A DNA stretch of 64,000 bases from Mustelus asterias (Eukaryota). The notes under the pieces were generated by a model. The model was not told the DNA's origin, ran no database searches, and was given only the letters and a program-made list of their open reading frames with translations. Below are positions 36,367 to 50,165 of this stretch, piece by piece (position 1 is the first letter of the stretch; each line of letters opens with the position of its first letter). The stretch is from positions 57,474,001-57,538,000 of the forward strand of contig NC_135802.1 in assembly GCF_964213995.1 (NCBI RefSeq). The letters run 5' to 3'. Made by a program: the position numbers and the translations under genes.

Positions 36367-36994
36367 CTGAAACAGTTGATGCAGTTAAAAATTTGAATAT
36401 TTTTTGAACTGGATAGCACAAACAAAATTTGTCAGCAATACAAAAGCTTAAGAGTTACAAAAATTTGCTTGCTTCAAAGAAGAGTTTTTATTTACACATT
36501 TAAAATTATGCATTCAAATTCAGGAATATGTATCAAAGTCATTAAAATAGTTACAAGCAGCATTTTTATTCATTGAGGACTCAATTAGAGTTAACCAGCT
36601 TGGAGCACTTCAATATCAACTGTTTGACCTTGTAGTCTATGGTCACAACCACCATTTTCGTCCAAACCAAACAAAACTGATTCACAAAAATAGAAATTAA
36701 AATAGTAAATGAAAGTAATTTGAAACCAGCTTCTCAGATTAGCAGATGCAAATGAACCTCCAAAGCTGAATTTCAACAGTAATCTTAAAAGTATTACTTG
36801 GCATGTTTAGTTTTAAAATCAGGCACATATTGTTTGTCTTTGTGTTGCATATGCTATGATAAACGTTTCATTACAGAATTTCCCTGCATGAGATGCAAAA
36901 CAAATATTTTGTTTTAAAAAGTTGGGACTTATACATTGTTTACTTCTCTACTTGAGAAACAAATTTAGGTTTTCAAGCTCCATGAGAGAATTTA

Positions 36995-37165
36995 TCATGG
37001 CTAGTCCGCACATTATTGGACTGTAGGAGGAAACTGGAGTACACTGAGAAACTCACGCAGACACAGGGAGAAACTCCACACAGTCACCCGAGTCTGGAAT
37101 CGTACCCAGGGCTCTGTGGCGCTGTAAGGCAGCAGTGCTAACCATTGTGCCACCATGCTGCCCGC
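36995..37165 (-). mobile_element. HE1-type SINE, 5' part
   Basis: tRNA head and partial central domain. Confidence 0.75.
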
Positions 37166-38179
37166 AAGGATCTCACCTCGCTGCATTCAACTCTTTTGTC
37201 GATGTTTGGACCAAGGCCATCATGCGGTCAGGAGCAGAGCAAGTTTGGCAGAACCAAAACTGAGCATTGGTGAATGAGTTATAGCTGGAAACAAAAACTT
37301 GGTTAAGGATGTCAGGTCCTAATTATAGTTCAGAAGCTCCTAGCATTTTAAGATTCTAACTTTTAAACAGAATGATATTGCTCGTGAGTGGGAAGGTTTA
37401 GATCCTGGGATTTTGCAGCATTTGTGTATGGGGGAGGGGGGGGGAAAAGAGAGAAACAGAGGTAGGCTTGCGGTTGTGTGTGTTGGGGGACAGAAATGCT
37501 GGGATTTGGTAGCTTAAGCTGCTTAATTATTTCAAGAGGTGCTTAGTTGCATGAGCAACCTTAACTCAACAGTATTTTTCAGTTTATTTCCTCTAATGTG
37601 GAGGGTAGGGAAAGGCGGGAAGCAACTCAAAAGTCAATGAGGATGTTGTGCCATATAAAGACGACAATATTACTGGCAACTGAATAGATCAAATTCTGTT
37701 TTTATGTTGTAGTAGATGCCAACCGTTTTGGGGGATCAAATTCGTCTTTTGAAAACTGTAAATTTTAATTAATGCAACTCATTTATATTTCTTTACCTAT
37801 GTATTTATTCCTTTCTCTCAAGACCTATGATACACAGGATAATGAAAAGCTTAATGTGACAAACCAGGGATAGCTATGTGACAGCAATTGTGGGTGAAAA
37901 CGAAATGAAGGACCCTGTTGTATTGGATGATGGGTTATGGGAAATCGATAATCTTTGAGCTTTGGAGTGCTAAGCATTCTAGATCATGGGAGTACTGGGA
38001 CAGGAAGTTTGTCTTTGACCACTCTTGGCCATCAAACCACTCCTTTGCTCTGCTCCTTGCTGTTAAGGCACCATTCTACAGCCCACTACATTCCCAGCCT
38101 GAAATGAATGGAAGCGCAAAATGTGCTTTTGACTATTGCCCACCACCCTCCATGCACACTAACATGCGTATTTTTAAAT

Positions 38180-38472
38180 TTTAATTTTATTTGTGTGTCA
38201 CAAGTAGGCTTACATTAGCACTGCAATGAAGTTACTGTGAAAATCCCCTAGTCGCCACACTCTGGCGCCTGTTCGGGTAACTGAGGGAGAATTTAGCTTG
38301 GCCAATGCACTGAACCAGCACGTCTTTCAGCCTGTGAGGAAACCGGAGCACCCAGAGGAAACCCATGCCGACACGGGCAAAATGTACAATCTCCACACAG
38401 ACAGTGACACAAGCTGGGAATCAAACCCAGATCCCTAGCGCTGAGAGGCAGCAGTGCTAACCACTGTGCCAC
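38180..38472 (-). mobile_element. HE1-related SINE with an alternative tail
   Basis: Same structure as 22175-22463. Confidence 0.85.
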
Positions 38473-39249
38473 ATATAAACCCAACAGTTAAGAGTGGACA
38501 GGGTCTGGGTAATGGTGGGCGGAAAGGTCCAATGTCCAGAAACAGACGAGTCAGGGTGGCTTGCAAATGCCATTAGTAAGGATGAATGAGGTTCTGTTCA
38601 AGGCCTCGCTGTGATTAAGGTAGCAGCAGAGCAAGAGTCTGAGGGAAAAAAAGTGCACCTCACGATTTTGCTCATTGGCTGGATGTGGAAAATGCATTCA
38701 GCTTGTTTTATCACATTTGAATTGGTTGCATTAATTCTATTCAAACTGAGTGAACAAACTTTATTTTAAAAAAGTAAGGGTTTAAACTACGCAAATTCCA
38801 AAAGAGATGAGAACATACTGAATGGAAATGAATTAGTTCAAAACCTAGGTTACAGCAGATATATTACTTCAAATAGTAAATTTCCATGTTTAAATTGTTT
38901 AGCTTCAACATGGGGGCCTGTTTAGCATTGAATTTCAGTTTAGACTTGTTTCATGCAGGAATGATTGTAGGGCCGTTGGCATGACTGGCATTTTGGGAGT
39001 GGACTTTGCCATGCTCTGATTCACCTTCTAGAGGCCGGCAGCCTCTGCAGCACACTGACTCTCCTTCCCTCTCCTCCAGATTGTGCCTTACGTCCTGCAA
39101 ATCAAAGTCACTTGTCTGCATCTTGCCATTCAACTCCAAAGAATGCTCAGGGGAGGGAAGTGACACACATTAGAGGCAGGGAGCTGGAGGTTCAGCAAGA
39201 GAGTGGGTCTGCAACAAGCGGGAAAGTGAGGGAGCACCAGTGACCATGA

Positions 39250-40045
39250 ACACTTTGGAGGAAATAATAACAAATGGGATTACTATCTCAATGGAAACAA
39301 ATTAAAACATGCTACCGTGCAAAGGGACCTGGGGTTCCTTGTGCATGAGACGCAAAAGCCCAGTCTGCAGGTACAACAGGTGATCAAGAAGGCAAATGGG
39401 ATGTTGGCCTATATCGCGAGGGGGATAGAATATAAAAGCAGGGATGTCTTGATGCACCTGTACAGGGCATTGGTGAGGCCGCAGCTGGAATACTGTGTGC
39501 AGTATTGGTCCCCTTATATGAGGAAGGATATATTGGCATTGGAGGGAGTGCAGAGAAGGTTCACCAGGTTGATACCGGAGATGAGGGGTTTGGATTATGA
39601 GGAGAGGCTGAGGAGATTGGGTTTGTACTCGTTGGAGTTTAGAAGGATGAGGGGGGATCTTATGGAGACTTATAAGATAATGCGGGGGCTGGATAGGGTG
39701 GAGGCGGAGAGATTCTTTCCACTTAGTAGGGAAGTTAAAACTAGAGGACACAGCCTCAAAATAAAGGGGGGTCGGTTTAAGACAGAGTTGAGGAGGAACT
39801 TCTTCTCCCAGAGGGTGGAGAATCTCTGGAATTCTCTGCCCACTGAGGTGGTGGAGGCTACCTCGCTGAATATGTTTAAAGCGCGGATGGATGGATTCCT
39901 GATCGGTAAGGGAATTAAGGGTTATGGGGATCAGGCGGGTAAGTGGTACTGATCCACATCAGATCAGCCATGATCTTATTGAATGGCGGGGCAGGCTCGA
40001 GGGGCTAGATGGCCTACTCCTGCTCCTATTTCTTATGTTCTTATG
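39250..40045 (+). mobile_element. Young CR1 3' fragment, near-identical to 52434-53228
   Basis: ORF 39317-39952; about 6 differences in about 790 bp by eye. Confidence 0.96.
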
Positions 40046-40439
40046 AACCAAAGGGTTGACATCAAGAGAGAGATGAGGCAGAGGACACAAACCAAAGGGT
40101 TGGCAATGAGAGGTAGGGCTAGAGAGCTGCAAAGGCTACAAACTGAAGGGTCGGCAACAAGAGGAAGGGTCTGCAGTGACTCTGATGGTCAGGTAGCAGG
40201 GTATGTAGTGAGCAAGAGGCTCAAGGAGGCAGCAGAAGAAAGTTAGCATATTTATATTTAAAAGTCATTTAATTTACCAATATAGGAATTTAGTATTTCA
40301 ACTTACAGGGTGTTTTAGAAAGGTCCTACAGAACAGAACTAGAATCAACTAATTGTTGTAATGGGAAAATCTTATTTGCTTCAAGTTGTTTCTTTCAGGA
40401 ATGCAACTACAACTTTGACAATGTACTGTATCTATTTTG

Positions 40440-41150
40440 TTTTACTCTTTTATGGGATGCGATTGTCACTGCCAAGGCCAGCATTTACTGCTCGTCTCCA
40501 TTTGCCCTCGAGATGGTGATGGTCTTCTTGGACCACAGCCAGATGTATCAATGCTGCAGAGTCCAGGTTCTTTGACCAACAACAATAAAAGAAGAGCAAT
40601 ATAGTTATAAGTCTGAATGGTGGGGCTTGGAGGGGAACTCACAGACTATCATTACCATGTTATCCCTCGCGGTTCTTCTAGATGGTGGATATCGTGGATT
40701 TGGAAGGTACTGACGAAGGAGCCTTGGTGATTTGTTGAAGTGTATCGTGATTATAGTACACTATTGTGGTGGTGGAAGTGAATGTTGAAGGTAGTTGGGA
40801 GTGTCAATCAAGTAGGTGGTTTTGTCCTGGATGGTGTCAAGTTGAGAATACTGTTGGAGATGCACCTATCCAGGCAAGTCCACAGTATTCCATTACACTC
40901 CTGACTTGTGCCTTTTGGATAGTGGACAGGCTTTAGGAGTCAGGAGGCAAGCTACTTAGTGTAAGATTCCTAGCTTGCAATCTGTTCTTGCAGTTACAAC
41001 ATTTATATGGCTGGTCCAGTTCAGTTTCTGGTCAATGGGATGTTGACAGTGAGGAATTCAGTGATGGCAATGTCAATGGATGACTGAGGGAGATGGTTGG
41101 ATTGTCTCTTGTTGGAAACTGTTATTGCCTGGAACTTGTATGGCATCAAT
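40440..41150 (-). mobile_element. Old family-B LINE relic
   Basis: Begins with a degenerate TTATGGGATG..GGCCAGCATTTA tail, as at 4140 and 22960. Confidence 0.6.
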
Positions 41151-41934
41151 ATACACATTACTTTACTAAAACAAAGTTGATGACATCTCAAGATATATAC
41201 AGCAATAACAAGTCCACATTATGCTCAAGTTTTACAATTCACTGACCAGACCATATAAAGTATGAGTTTTGGACACAATGCCCCAAAGTTGATTTTTTTG
41301 CGCACTGTTTCTGAAATAAGTAAATTGACAGCAATTGTAAAGATGGTGACCTATTGGCAGGGGTGATGGTGGTGAGCATAGTCAGGAACAGTGGCTGGAC
41401 CATCGGCAGGTGTGGAGGGGTAGGCAATGTTCAGGGTGCTTGTTTGTGTACGCATGTGCGCGTGGGGGGGGCGGGTGTATGAAGTTCACTTGTTCGGCTC
41501 AAGTTGTAAAAATGTCTTTCCAACAAAGCTCCCACTGTTAAATCACTGTCAAGCCATCACCTATAATTAACAGTGGAAGCATCCCAGCTCCACCATACGT
41601 GCACAAGACTTTTCAACCGCAGCAATGTCTCAATATTCATCACTATTGCCAGCAGAAGATCCTAGCCCGTTTGATAGCTTAAATTTTTATGCAATAGCAG
41701 TGCACATACTGGAAAGAGAAAAAAAGATACATTTGCATTATGTACTGCATTTCACATCTTTATATCACAAATCAATTCACATTTTTGACACAACTTACAA
41801 GTTATACCAAAAGTGTGAATTGTCAATTTATCTACAGATTTCAATGTTATTTCTGGTACTCATTAGACATTCAACAGGTAGTATACAAATCTTCCATATC
41901 TACATTAGCATAGCACATCACTTTGTTTAAGGAA

Positions 41935-43570
41935 GGCTGCAGGAAAAAGCCTGGGAACCAGTGAGCCTAACATCTGTAGTGGGTAAGTTGTTAGAAGGTA
42001 TTCTGAGACAGGATCTACCGGCATTTAGAGGCAAGGACTGATTAGGGACAGTCAGCATGGCTTTGAGTGGAAAATCACATCTCATGAATTTGATTGCAGT
42101 CGACGTTGTCTACATGGACTTTAGCAAGACCTTTGACAGGGTACCGCATGGTAGGTTGTTGCATTAGATTAAATCTCATGGGATCCAGGATGAAGTAGCC
42201 AATTGGATACAAAATTGGCTTGATGAGAGAAGACAGAAGGGGTTGTAGAGGGTTGTTTTTCAAATTGGAGGCTCGTGACCAGTGGTGTGCCTCAGGGATC
42301 GGTTATCTACTGTTACTTGTCATTGATAGTAATGATTTAGATGAGAATTTAGGAGGCATGTTTGCAGATGACACCAAGATTGGTGGCATTGTGGACAGTG
42401 AGGAAGGTTTGCAACGGGATCTTGGCGGCATGGTAGCACAGTGGTTAGCACTGCTGCTTCACAGCTCCAGGGTCCCGGGTTCGATTCCCGGCTCGGGTCA
42501 CTGTCTGTGTGGAGTTTGCACATTCTCCTCGTGTCTGCGTGGGTTTCCTCCGGGTGCTCCGGTTTCCTCCCACAGTCCAAAGATGTGCGGGTTAGGTTGA
42601 TTGGCCAGGTTAAAAAAAAAAAATTGCCCCTGAGATGCGTAGGTTAGAGGGATTAGCGGGTAAAATATGTGGGGGTAGGGCCTGGGTGGGATTGTGGTCG
42701 GTGCAGACTCGATGGGCCGAATGGCCTCCTTCTGCACTGTAGGGTTTCTATGATTTCTATGAATTGGGCCAACGGGCTGATGGCAGATGGAGTTTAGTTT
42801 AAATAAATGCGAGGTGATGCATTTTGGTATATCGAACCAGGGCAGAACTTAGTTAATGGTAGGGCATTGGGAAGAGTTATAGAAGCAATAGATCCAGGGG
42901 TTAAGGTTCATAGCTCCTTGAAAGTGGACAAGGTGGTGAAGGCAGCATTCAACACGCTTGGTTTCATTGGTTAGAACATTGAATACAAGAGTTGGGACAT
43001 CTTATTGGAGCTGTACAAGACATTGGTAACGCCACACTTGGAATACTGTGTACAGTTCTGGTCACCCAATTATAGAAAGGATATTAAACTAGAAAGCGTG
43101 CAGAAAAGATTTACTAGGATGCTACCGGGACTTGATGGTTTGAGTTATAAGGAGAGGGTGGATAGACTGGGACTTTTCTCCCTGGAACATAGGAGGCTTA
43201 GGGGTGATCTCAGAGGTCTATAAAATAATGAAGTGCACAGATAAAGTAGATTGTCAACATCTCTTCCCAAAGGTAGGGAAATCTAAAACTGGAGAGCATC
43301 GGTTTAAGTGAGAGGGAGAGATACAGAAGGGTCCAGAGGGGCAATTTTTTTCACACAGAGGGTGGTGTCTGGACCAGGCTGCCAGAGGTAATAGTAGAGG
43401 GTACAATTTTGTCTTTTAAAAAGCATTGGGACAGTTATATGGATAAGATTGGCATAGAGGGATATGGGCCAAACACGGACAATTGGGATCAGCTTAATGG
43501 TTAAAAACTTGGCGGTATGAACAAGTTGGGCTGAAGGGCCTGTTTCCATGCTGTAAACCTCCATGGTTCT
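41935..43570 (+). mobile_element. Degenerate CR1 ORF2 fragment with an HE1 SINE inserted at 42424-42761
   Basis: VYMDFSKTFD, FADDTKIGG and HLEYCVQFWSP; the SINE is nearly intact. Confidence 0.9.
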
Positions 43571-43579
43571 ATCAGAGGG

Positions 43580-46500
43580 ACACTGGAGTTTGACCCATTG
43601 CTGGAATTGAAGGGATAAAGCGATCAGCTACATGGTTAGCGGCAGAAGTCCAATAAAGGATGAATGCATTTCAGTCGCAATCAAAGAATATGATCAAATA
43701 CAAGAAGCTATTGCTAACATGTGAAATCCAGTTCTACTGAGTACCACTTCCATAGAGTACCAGACTAGGGGAATTCAGTGCAGTGAGGGAAGAGGTGCAG
43801 CACTGGAATTTTAAAAATTTCAAGCAGCAGCTCAAGAGATGGACGATTCACAATAATGGCTAAGTGGAGGACTAGAGATGTTGCAAGTAATAGTTTATCC
43901 AAGGTACTAACTAGATTCTGAAAGAGGAAAAATATTTTTAGGGTCATGGACGGGCACCGAGAACTGCTACTTGCAATTCCTGTACCATATTGGAACTCAA
44001 CACCATTTGTTGTTGAGAGCAAACATTTTAGCTGCTTGAATATAAGTTTGGTTTCTGAACGCAAGGAGCATGGGGACCAATTATATTCAAAAGAGATGGG
44101 TTGCACCTCAACAGGACTGAGACCAATGTGATTGTGGGGAGGTTCATTTATGATGACGAAGCCTTAAAATAGTGATGGGCACCAGCATATTAGAGGAGGA
44201 GAAAAAAAAACGAACAACAGAATGTTGGATAGTACTCGAGAAGGAAACATTAGGTAAGAGCAGACCAAGGGGGCTCATGAGGAAGACAAAGATTTAGAAT
44301 GCACGTACATAAATGCATACAATTTGGTGAATATGGTTAGTAAGCTACAAACATGAACAGCTGAGCAGGAATATGATGCAGTGGCAATAACAAATGTGGT
44401 TTAAAAGTGATGAGGACTGGTATTTAATATTTACAGATACAAAGTGTTAAGATAGGGAAGGAAAATAGGGCAATGCAGTGGCTGGACTGATTAGGGAAGA
44501 CTGAGTGTTGGAAAAAGGGGACAAGTATAGAGCTGAGAAGCGCAAAAGGGTATGATTACAAACTATATACTGGATATTCTATAGGTCTCCAATTGAAAGA
44601 CAATGAGGAACAATTCTGCTGGGAACTCTCAGAAAAGCACAATTATAGAATGGTGCTATCGGAGGGATTTATTAAATTAAATATTGACTGGAATAAAGTT
44701 AAGAGTGGGGGGGGGGGGGGGGTTATTTCTGAAATGTATGTTCAGCAGAACTTCCTGGACTAGTTTTTTCACAGCAACTAGGAATGAAGCATTGATGGAT
44801 CTTGCACTGAATGAGGTAGGTCATGCAGACCAAATATCTGTTGGGCAATATTATGACTAGTGTAATCATATCAGGTTGAGATTAATAATGAAGAGGAACA
44901 AGAAACAACTGAAAGAACGTCTAAATTGGAAGAAGGCTAACATCAATGGGATGAGGAGACCTAACCTGTGTAAAATGGAACCAAATCGACAAAAACAAGC
45001 AAATAGGAAGAGGTGGGGTGGGGTCCAATAGGGACAAAGAAGGTCGTATATGCTTTGAAGCTATTGGGCATGACTAGAATACTTAAATAAATACTGCTGC
45101 AAAGCACTCATTAAGGAAGCACATGCTGACAATATGTTAGGAGTCAAGCTGATACAGATAACGGATGGAGTGAAAATGAATAGGCAGGATGTACTGGAAA
45201 GACTGGCTATGCTTGGAGTGGATAAGACACCTACGCCTAGAAGACTTGCAATACATGTCACTAAGGAGGTGGGGTGGAGGAGAGGGTGGAGATAGTGGAA
45301 GGTCTTCCAATCTTCCCTAGATATGGGAGGTGCCAAAGGATTGGAAAGTGTCAAAAATAAAATCCTTGTTCAATAAGGTGTAAAGATATTCCTGGTAACC
45401 ACAGTCAGTTTAATATCAATGGTGAGTAAGGTTTTACCAATAAAGGGGAAAAAAAGATATTTGAAGAGGTTTAAGTGATTTAAGGAGACCAAGGGTGGAT
45501 TTGTCGAAGGCAGATCATGTTCAACTAATCTAATTGAATTTTTTGACAAACAAACAGAGAAGATGTAGGGAATTCAGTGGATATTGAATACATGGATTTT
45601 CAGAATACCTTTGACAAACTGCCACATAAATAGTTGGTTAAAAAAGGTTCAATGAATGGGGCAGCAATCGGTTTGGATACAAAAAAAAATAGCAAGTTTA
45701 GGCATGTTTGTTTCGGAGGCTGTTCCTACAACGAACTGGAAAAGTCACTGCTTTTTAATTATATATACACATGACTTGGAGTAAAATTTCAATGTTTGCC
45801 TTATGAGACCAAACTTGGAGATGTGATCAACAGTGAGGATGATACCAATCAACTGCAACAGGCCACAAATGGGTTAGCAGAAAGGCAAGCAAGTAGATGG
45901 AATTTAACACTGTCAGGTGATGCATTTTGCAGAAGGATCAGAGGAGGCAATATAGACTTAATGCGACAGTTCTAAGAATGTGCCAAGAAGGGGAAACTTG
46001 GGGTTCATAAGCATAGATCTTTGAAAGGGGCAGGGTATATTGAGAGTAGCTAGCTAAGCATATGGAATCTTTCCTTCCTAAATTGAATATAAAAGCAGAT
46101 AAGTTATGCTAAACCTTTATAAAGCTCTGGTTAGGTCACAACTATTATTACAAGAGTAATACATTACGTTCTGGCTTAGGAAGGACATGCTGGCCCACAA
46201 AAGGGGACAGAAGAGATTTAACAGAACAGGCTCAGGGATGAAGCAATTTACTTACAGGTTAGGTTGAGAAGCTGGGATTGCTCCTCTTGGAGCAAAGGGG
46301 ATTTGTGGGAAGATTTGATAGCAGTGTAGAAGATTGTCAGGTTTAGATAAGGTAAACAAAGAAAAGTTGTTCCCATTAGCTGATACAAGGATTGGGGATA
46401 CAGATTTAAGATTTTGGGCAGGAGATGCAGGTGATGTGAGTGGCAATGATGTGCTACTGGCTGCCTACAAAGTGTGGTGGAAGCAGAAACAATTATTTCC

Positions 46501-46630
46501 AAAAGATTGGATAGGCACTTGAGGGAAATAAACTTGCAGGGCTGTGTGAATAGAACAGGGGAATGGGACTGACTGGAGTGCTCTACAGAGCCCCCAGCAT
46601 GGATGCCATCGTACAAATTGCCTTCATCAA
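43580..46630 (+). mobile_element. Highly decayed near-full-length CR1 (ORF1 esterase, endonuclease and RT remnants)
   Basis: DGLHLN near 44095; LECTYINA..EYDAVAIT near 44300; GFVEGRSCSTNLIEFFD near 45500; LYKALVR near 46120. Confidence 0.7.
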
Positions 46631-47499
46631 TGCCTAATGATATTGCGACCTGTGTCTTTGGTCAGACGGTTTTGATGATGCAGGAGAAGGAAAAACTGAC
46701 TAAAGGGAAGCAAAGAGTGCTGTGGGAGATATGAGCAAAGGCTTTAGTAGAAAATATGGGTTGTAGTTAGTATGGACAGAAAAGTTAGCGTTTATTTTAA
46801 GTAAGGGTGAGGATAGGTAACCAATTCCAACGTTAGCTAGCATGAGCCAAGAGTGAAGTTGAATAGTCAGGAGTTTCATTATAACAGAGTCAAGGGAACG
46901 TGGCCGAGATGAGCTAGGAAAAGACAGGTGTTGTTGAGTGAGCAACCGAGGGCTCCAGCAGTACAGAGCAGATAGTTACACTCAGGGGCCTGCAGCAAAG
47001 GCAGATGATCACATTATAAAGAAAATAAAGACGAATAAACCAACAAGTTCCTTCTACTGTATCTACAAAATGTAGGAAGTAGTGGTCAAAGATTCTGGCG
47101 AAAGAGATACAGACTCTGGAGTGACCTTTGCTATTCAGGATGTTCCTAGAACCCTGCACAGTTCAGCAAAGCTTGACGAGCGGAACTTGATAAAGGCCTA
47201 ATGGCTTCAAAAAAATATGAACCATTTCAAAATACACAAAAAAATAAGACCAAGCAAGCAGTAATAGAATTAACCAAAAGCATGTTTGAAAGAAGAGATT
47301 TTGAAGGAAGTGATCATGAAGAACTCCTCAGAATTAGAGCTAGGAAGCTGACAGGAGTTTTTACTTCATGACCAAACCACGGAGAAGTAACCAAACGTTA
47401 GGTGACCAGGCTACTGGTTGACATAGCCTTGAAATCTGTTCCAATTCTGAGTCAGAGGAAGGTCATGGAGAAACCTCCAAGAATGAATTTTGAATTGAG

Positions 47500-47665
47500 C
47501 AACAGGAGAGAAGAGAGCCAACATTGAGTTTAGAGGACCCTTTGTCAGAACTCGAAATATTGGCTCTATTCTCTCCCCACAGATGCTGTCATACCTGCTG
47601 AGATTTTCCAGCATTTTTTGGTTTTGTTTCAGATTTCAGCATCTGCAGTATTTTGCCTTTATTAT
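47500..47665. mobile_element. Penelope family-B terminus remnant with an inverted junction and a dead hammerhead
   Basis: GAGCCAACATTGAGTT..AACTCGAAATATTGGCTC hairpin; minus-strand CUGACAA core lacking GAAA; PLE tail follows. Confidence 0.65.
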
Positions 47666-48299
47666 AGGAGACAATGGAAGTGAATAGTGAATGATGGATA
47701 GTGAAATGCACATGCAGCAGTGTTTGAGGACAGTTGGGAGATTGCAAGTAGGCGTTTGGGTGAAGCTTAGGAAATCAAAGTGTGTGTTGCAAATAGCCTA
47801 ACTTGAGGTAACAAAAGTATGGAATTATACACAATGGAGGCAAAGAAATGATAGAGGCTGGCAGTGCTGTAGAAGCATTTCTTTTAAGTAGCGCAATAGT
47901 ATAAAATATAATCTAAATAGTAAGCGAAATAGCAAGATTTAATGTTCTTGTTAATCTGATCAAACTGTTCTAAAGATGATACTACTTCATTGTAAGTATT
48001 TTTGCACAACTTCCAACCAACTGACCTCTCTCCTGGTCTCTGCCACAAACATTACTAGTGACTCCGGCTGTCTGAGTTTGTTGGATAAAGTTGGTTTGGA
48101 ATCCTTGTTTGGTGCTGATTTTTATTTCAGCACTGTATCAAGAGCATGCTGTGATGGTTAGTAAGAGAGGTACGAGACTGTTGATTGCTGAATTGGGTTT
48201 GTCTGTACCATAACAGAATGAGCCAATCAGAGCAACATGACTGGAAAACAGACCTTACTGGATGCCGCCTGCTCTTCCTCTTTACCGTGCGCATAGTAG

Positions 48300-49100
48300 A
48301 AAAGGCTGTGCTCTCACGATCAAAGTTGCACAGGATGCAGCAAGCCATAACAAATCACGTCATGCACTCTGAAGAGTACTGTAGGACTATTCCAAATGGC
48401 CAATAGTATGTTCTATGGTATGTACGGCAGCATGATTCTTATATTGAGCATGCTGCTGACATGCACATTGGTAGGGCATTGGAGTCTTGAGCCAGGTGGA
48501 TATCCCTTGTTACATAGTAGCTTCTGGTTTCTTATGATGACTCGAGTTTGGTGATACAGCTGCCAGGATACTGATAATTAATCTGCATAATGATTAAAGT
48601 ACGGTTACAGACCATCTGAACACTGAGGAACCCTTTGTGGTACATCTCAATTTATATGTAGTGCTTACATAGTGAAGCCTGCAGTCAATGCTCCCCTACA
48701 ATCTGGTGAAACAATATGTTTGCTATGCCCATTTTTCTCTTGCTAGAGAGCAGCAATGCACTCCACTCACTTTGCATAGTCAGTGACCTCCCATATGCAA
48801 CAGTGGATGGCAAACTGCAAGGATGTTGAAAATGTCAATACCTCCAGCTTAGAAGTCCAGGGTCATAGTCACAGTCACCTTTGCAATTACTGACAATGCT
48901 GTCTTCACCCTGCTGAAGCTGCAGATATGCCTGCAACAAGTCACAGATTTCAGTGAAGACCTCCTTCGTGAAGGGGAGATATTGCACAATGTTCCTTGCT
49001 CTGGTAGGGATAGGAGAATTTCTCCCTAAAGACTCTAGATGGATATAAAGCTCTTTTCCACCTCTTCCCATTTAGTGCCTCATGTTCTCCTGTGTCACTT
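48300..49100 (-). mobile_element. PIF/Harbinger transposase relic
   Basis: FTKEVFTEICDLLQ..TALSVIAKVTVT, YPGSC and LLCNKGYP motifs on the minus strand. Confidence 0.68.
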
Positions 49101-49999
49101 CTCATTCGCTGTTACGCTGCAGGCCAAGGGGGAGAGAAACTACAGCACCCATGACTAGAAATAAATGACCCAAGCAGAATCAAGTCCATCAGCATGTGCT
49201 GCACCACTCCCCGCAGACCAACTTTTAGTAACAAAAATCTCCCGACACTTTTACTAACTCAACAATTGTCACTAAAAATCAAATAGCAACTGACCTGAAA
49301 GTGGTTAATGACCCTTTTAAATGGCATCGGTAGGAGTCACCTCCTACTGCCAAACACATTCAATTGTATAACTTGAGAACACGCACACAAGTTGGTGTGC
49401 AGATCCAAATGGTACCGACACAAACCTATGCCACTCTCAGATCAATAGAAATGACCTACCCGAAATGTTGGCCCAGAAACGATCATATCAAAACTGTGCC
49501 TGTCAGATGCAATTTTGAATCTAAACAAAAGCACCTTTGGCACAAAAAATACAAGTGCCATGCAGCCAAATTTTGCTGCACAAATCTCTAAACAAAAACC
49601 CGAAGTAGATACATTAATACCATTTGGTCTCCAAAGTAAATTTTACTCTTTCAAAAAAAATAACAAACTTCTCCAGCAAAAAAACCCAGAAGTACCAATG
49701 TTTTTAATGTGTTAAATAAATTTGATCATACGTCATTTGTTACTACTTTTGTGCAGCATTCAAAAGAAAACTTATACCCCTTTGAGCCTTTGCTGTACTT
49801 TTGGTTGGGCAGCAAATGGGCCACCAGTAAACTTTTAATCCCATCATCCTTTCTGAAAACAGCACAGAGATGTTAATCCGTGAAAGGGGCAGGGAAAAAA
49901 TGGATGTAGAGCACATAATACAAACATTCATACAGAAAAGTTACTGGATATAGTTACACTAAAAGCCTTGAGATAAACCCTCAGTGAATTAAAACTTAC

Positions 50000-50165
50000 C
50001 ACCAATAGTGCTTTCTTGATATTCATGGAACTGCCCCTTCACAAAACGAAGAACCAAACTAGATTTGCCAACAGCAGACTCTCCAAGTAGAACAAGCTTG
50101 AACTGGCAGATTTTGTTAGCAGCAGCTGGTCCATTCGGTCTCGCTGCGCCTCCCCGATTTGCCAT
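50000..50165 (-). CDS. RAB5A: RAB5 first coding exon (166 nt CDS; exon extends to acceptor at 50235), [55 protein letters not shown]
   Basis: P-loop GESAVGKS; gtaagt donor. The five exons total 651 nt (216 aa) in one frame. Symbol assigned from PP2D1 synteny. Confidence 0.95.
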
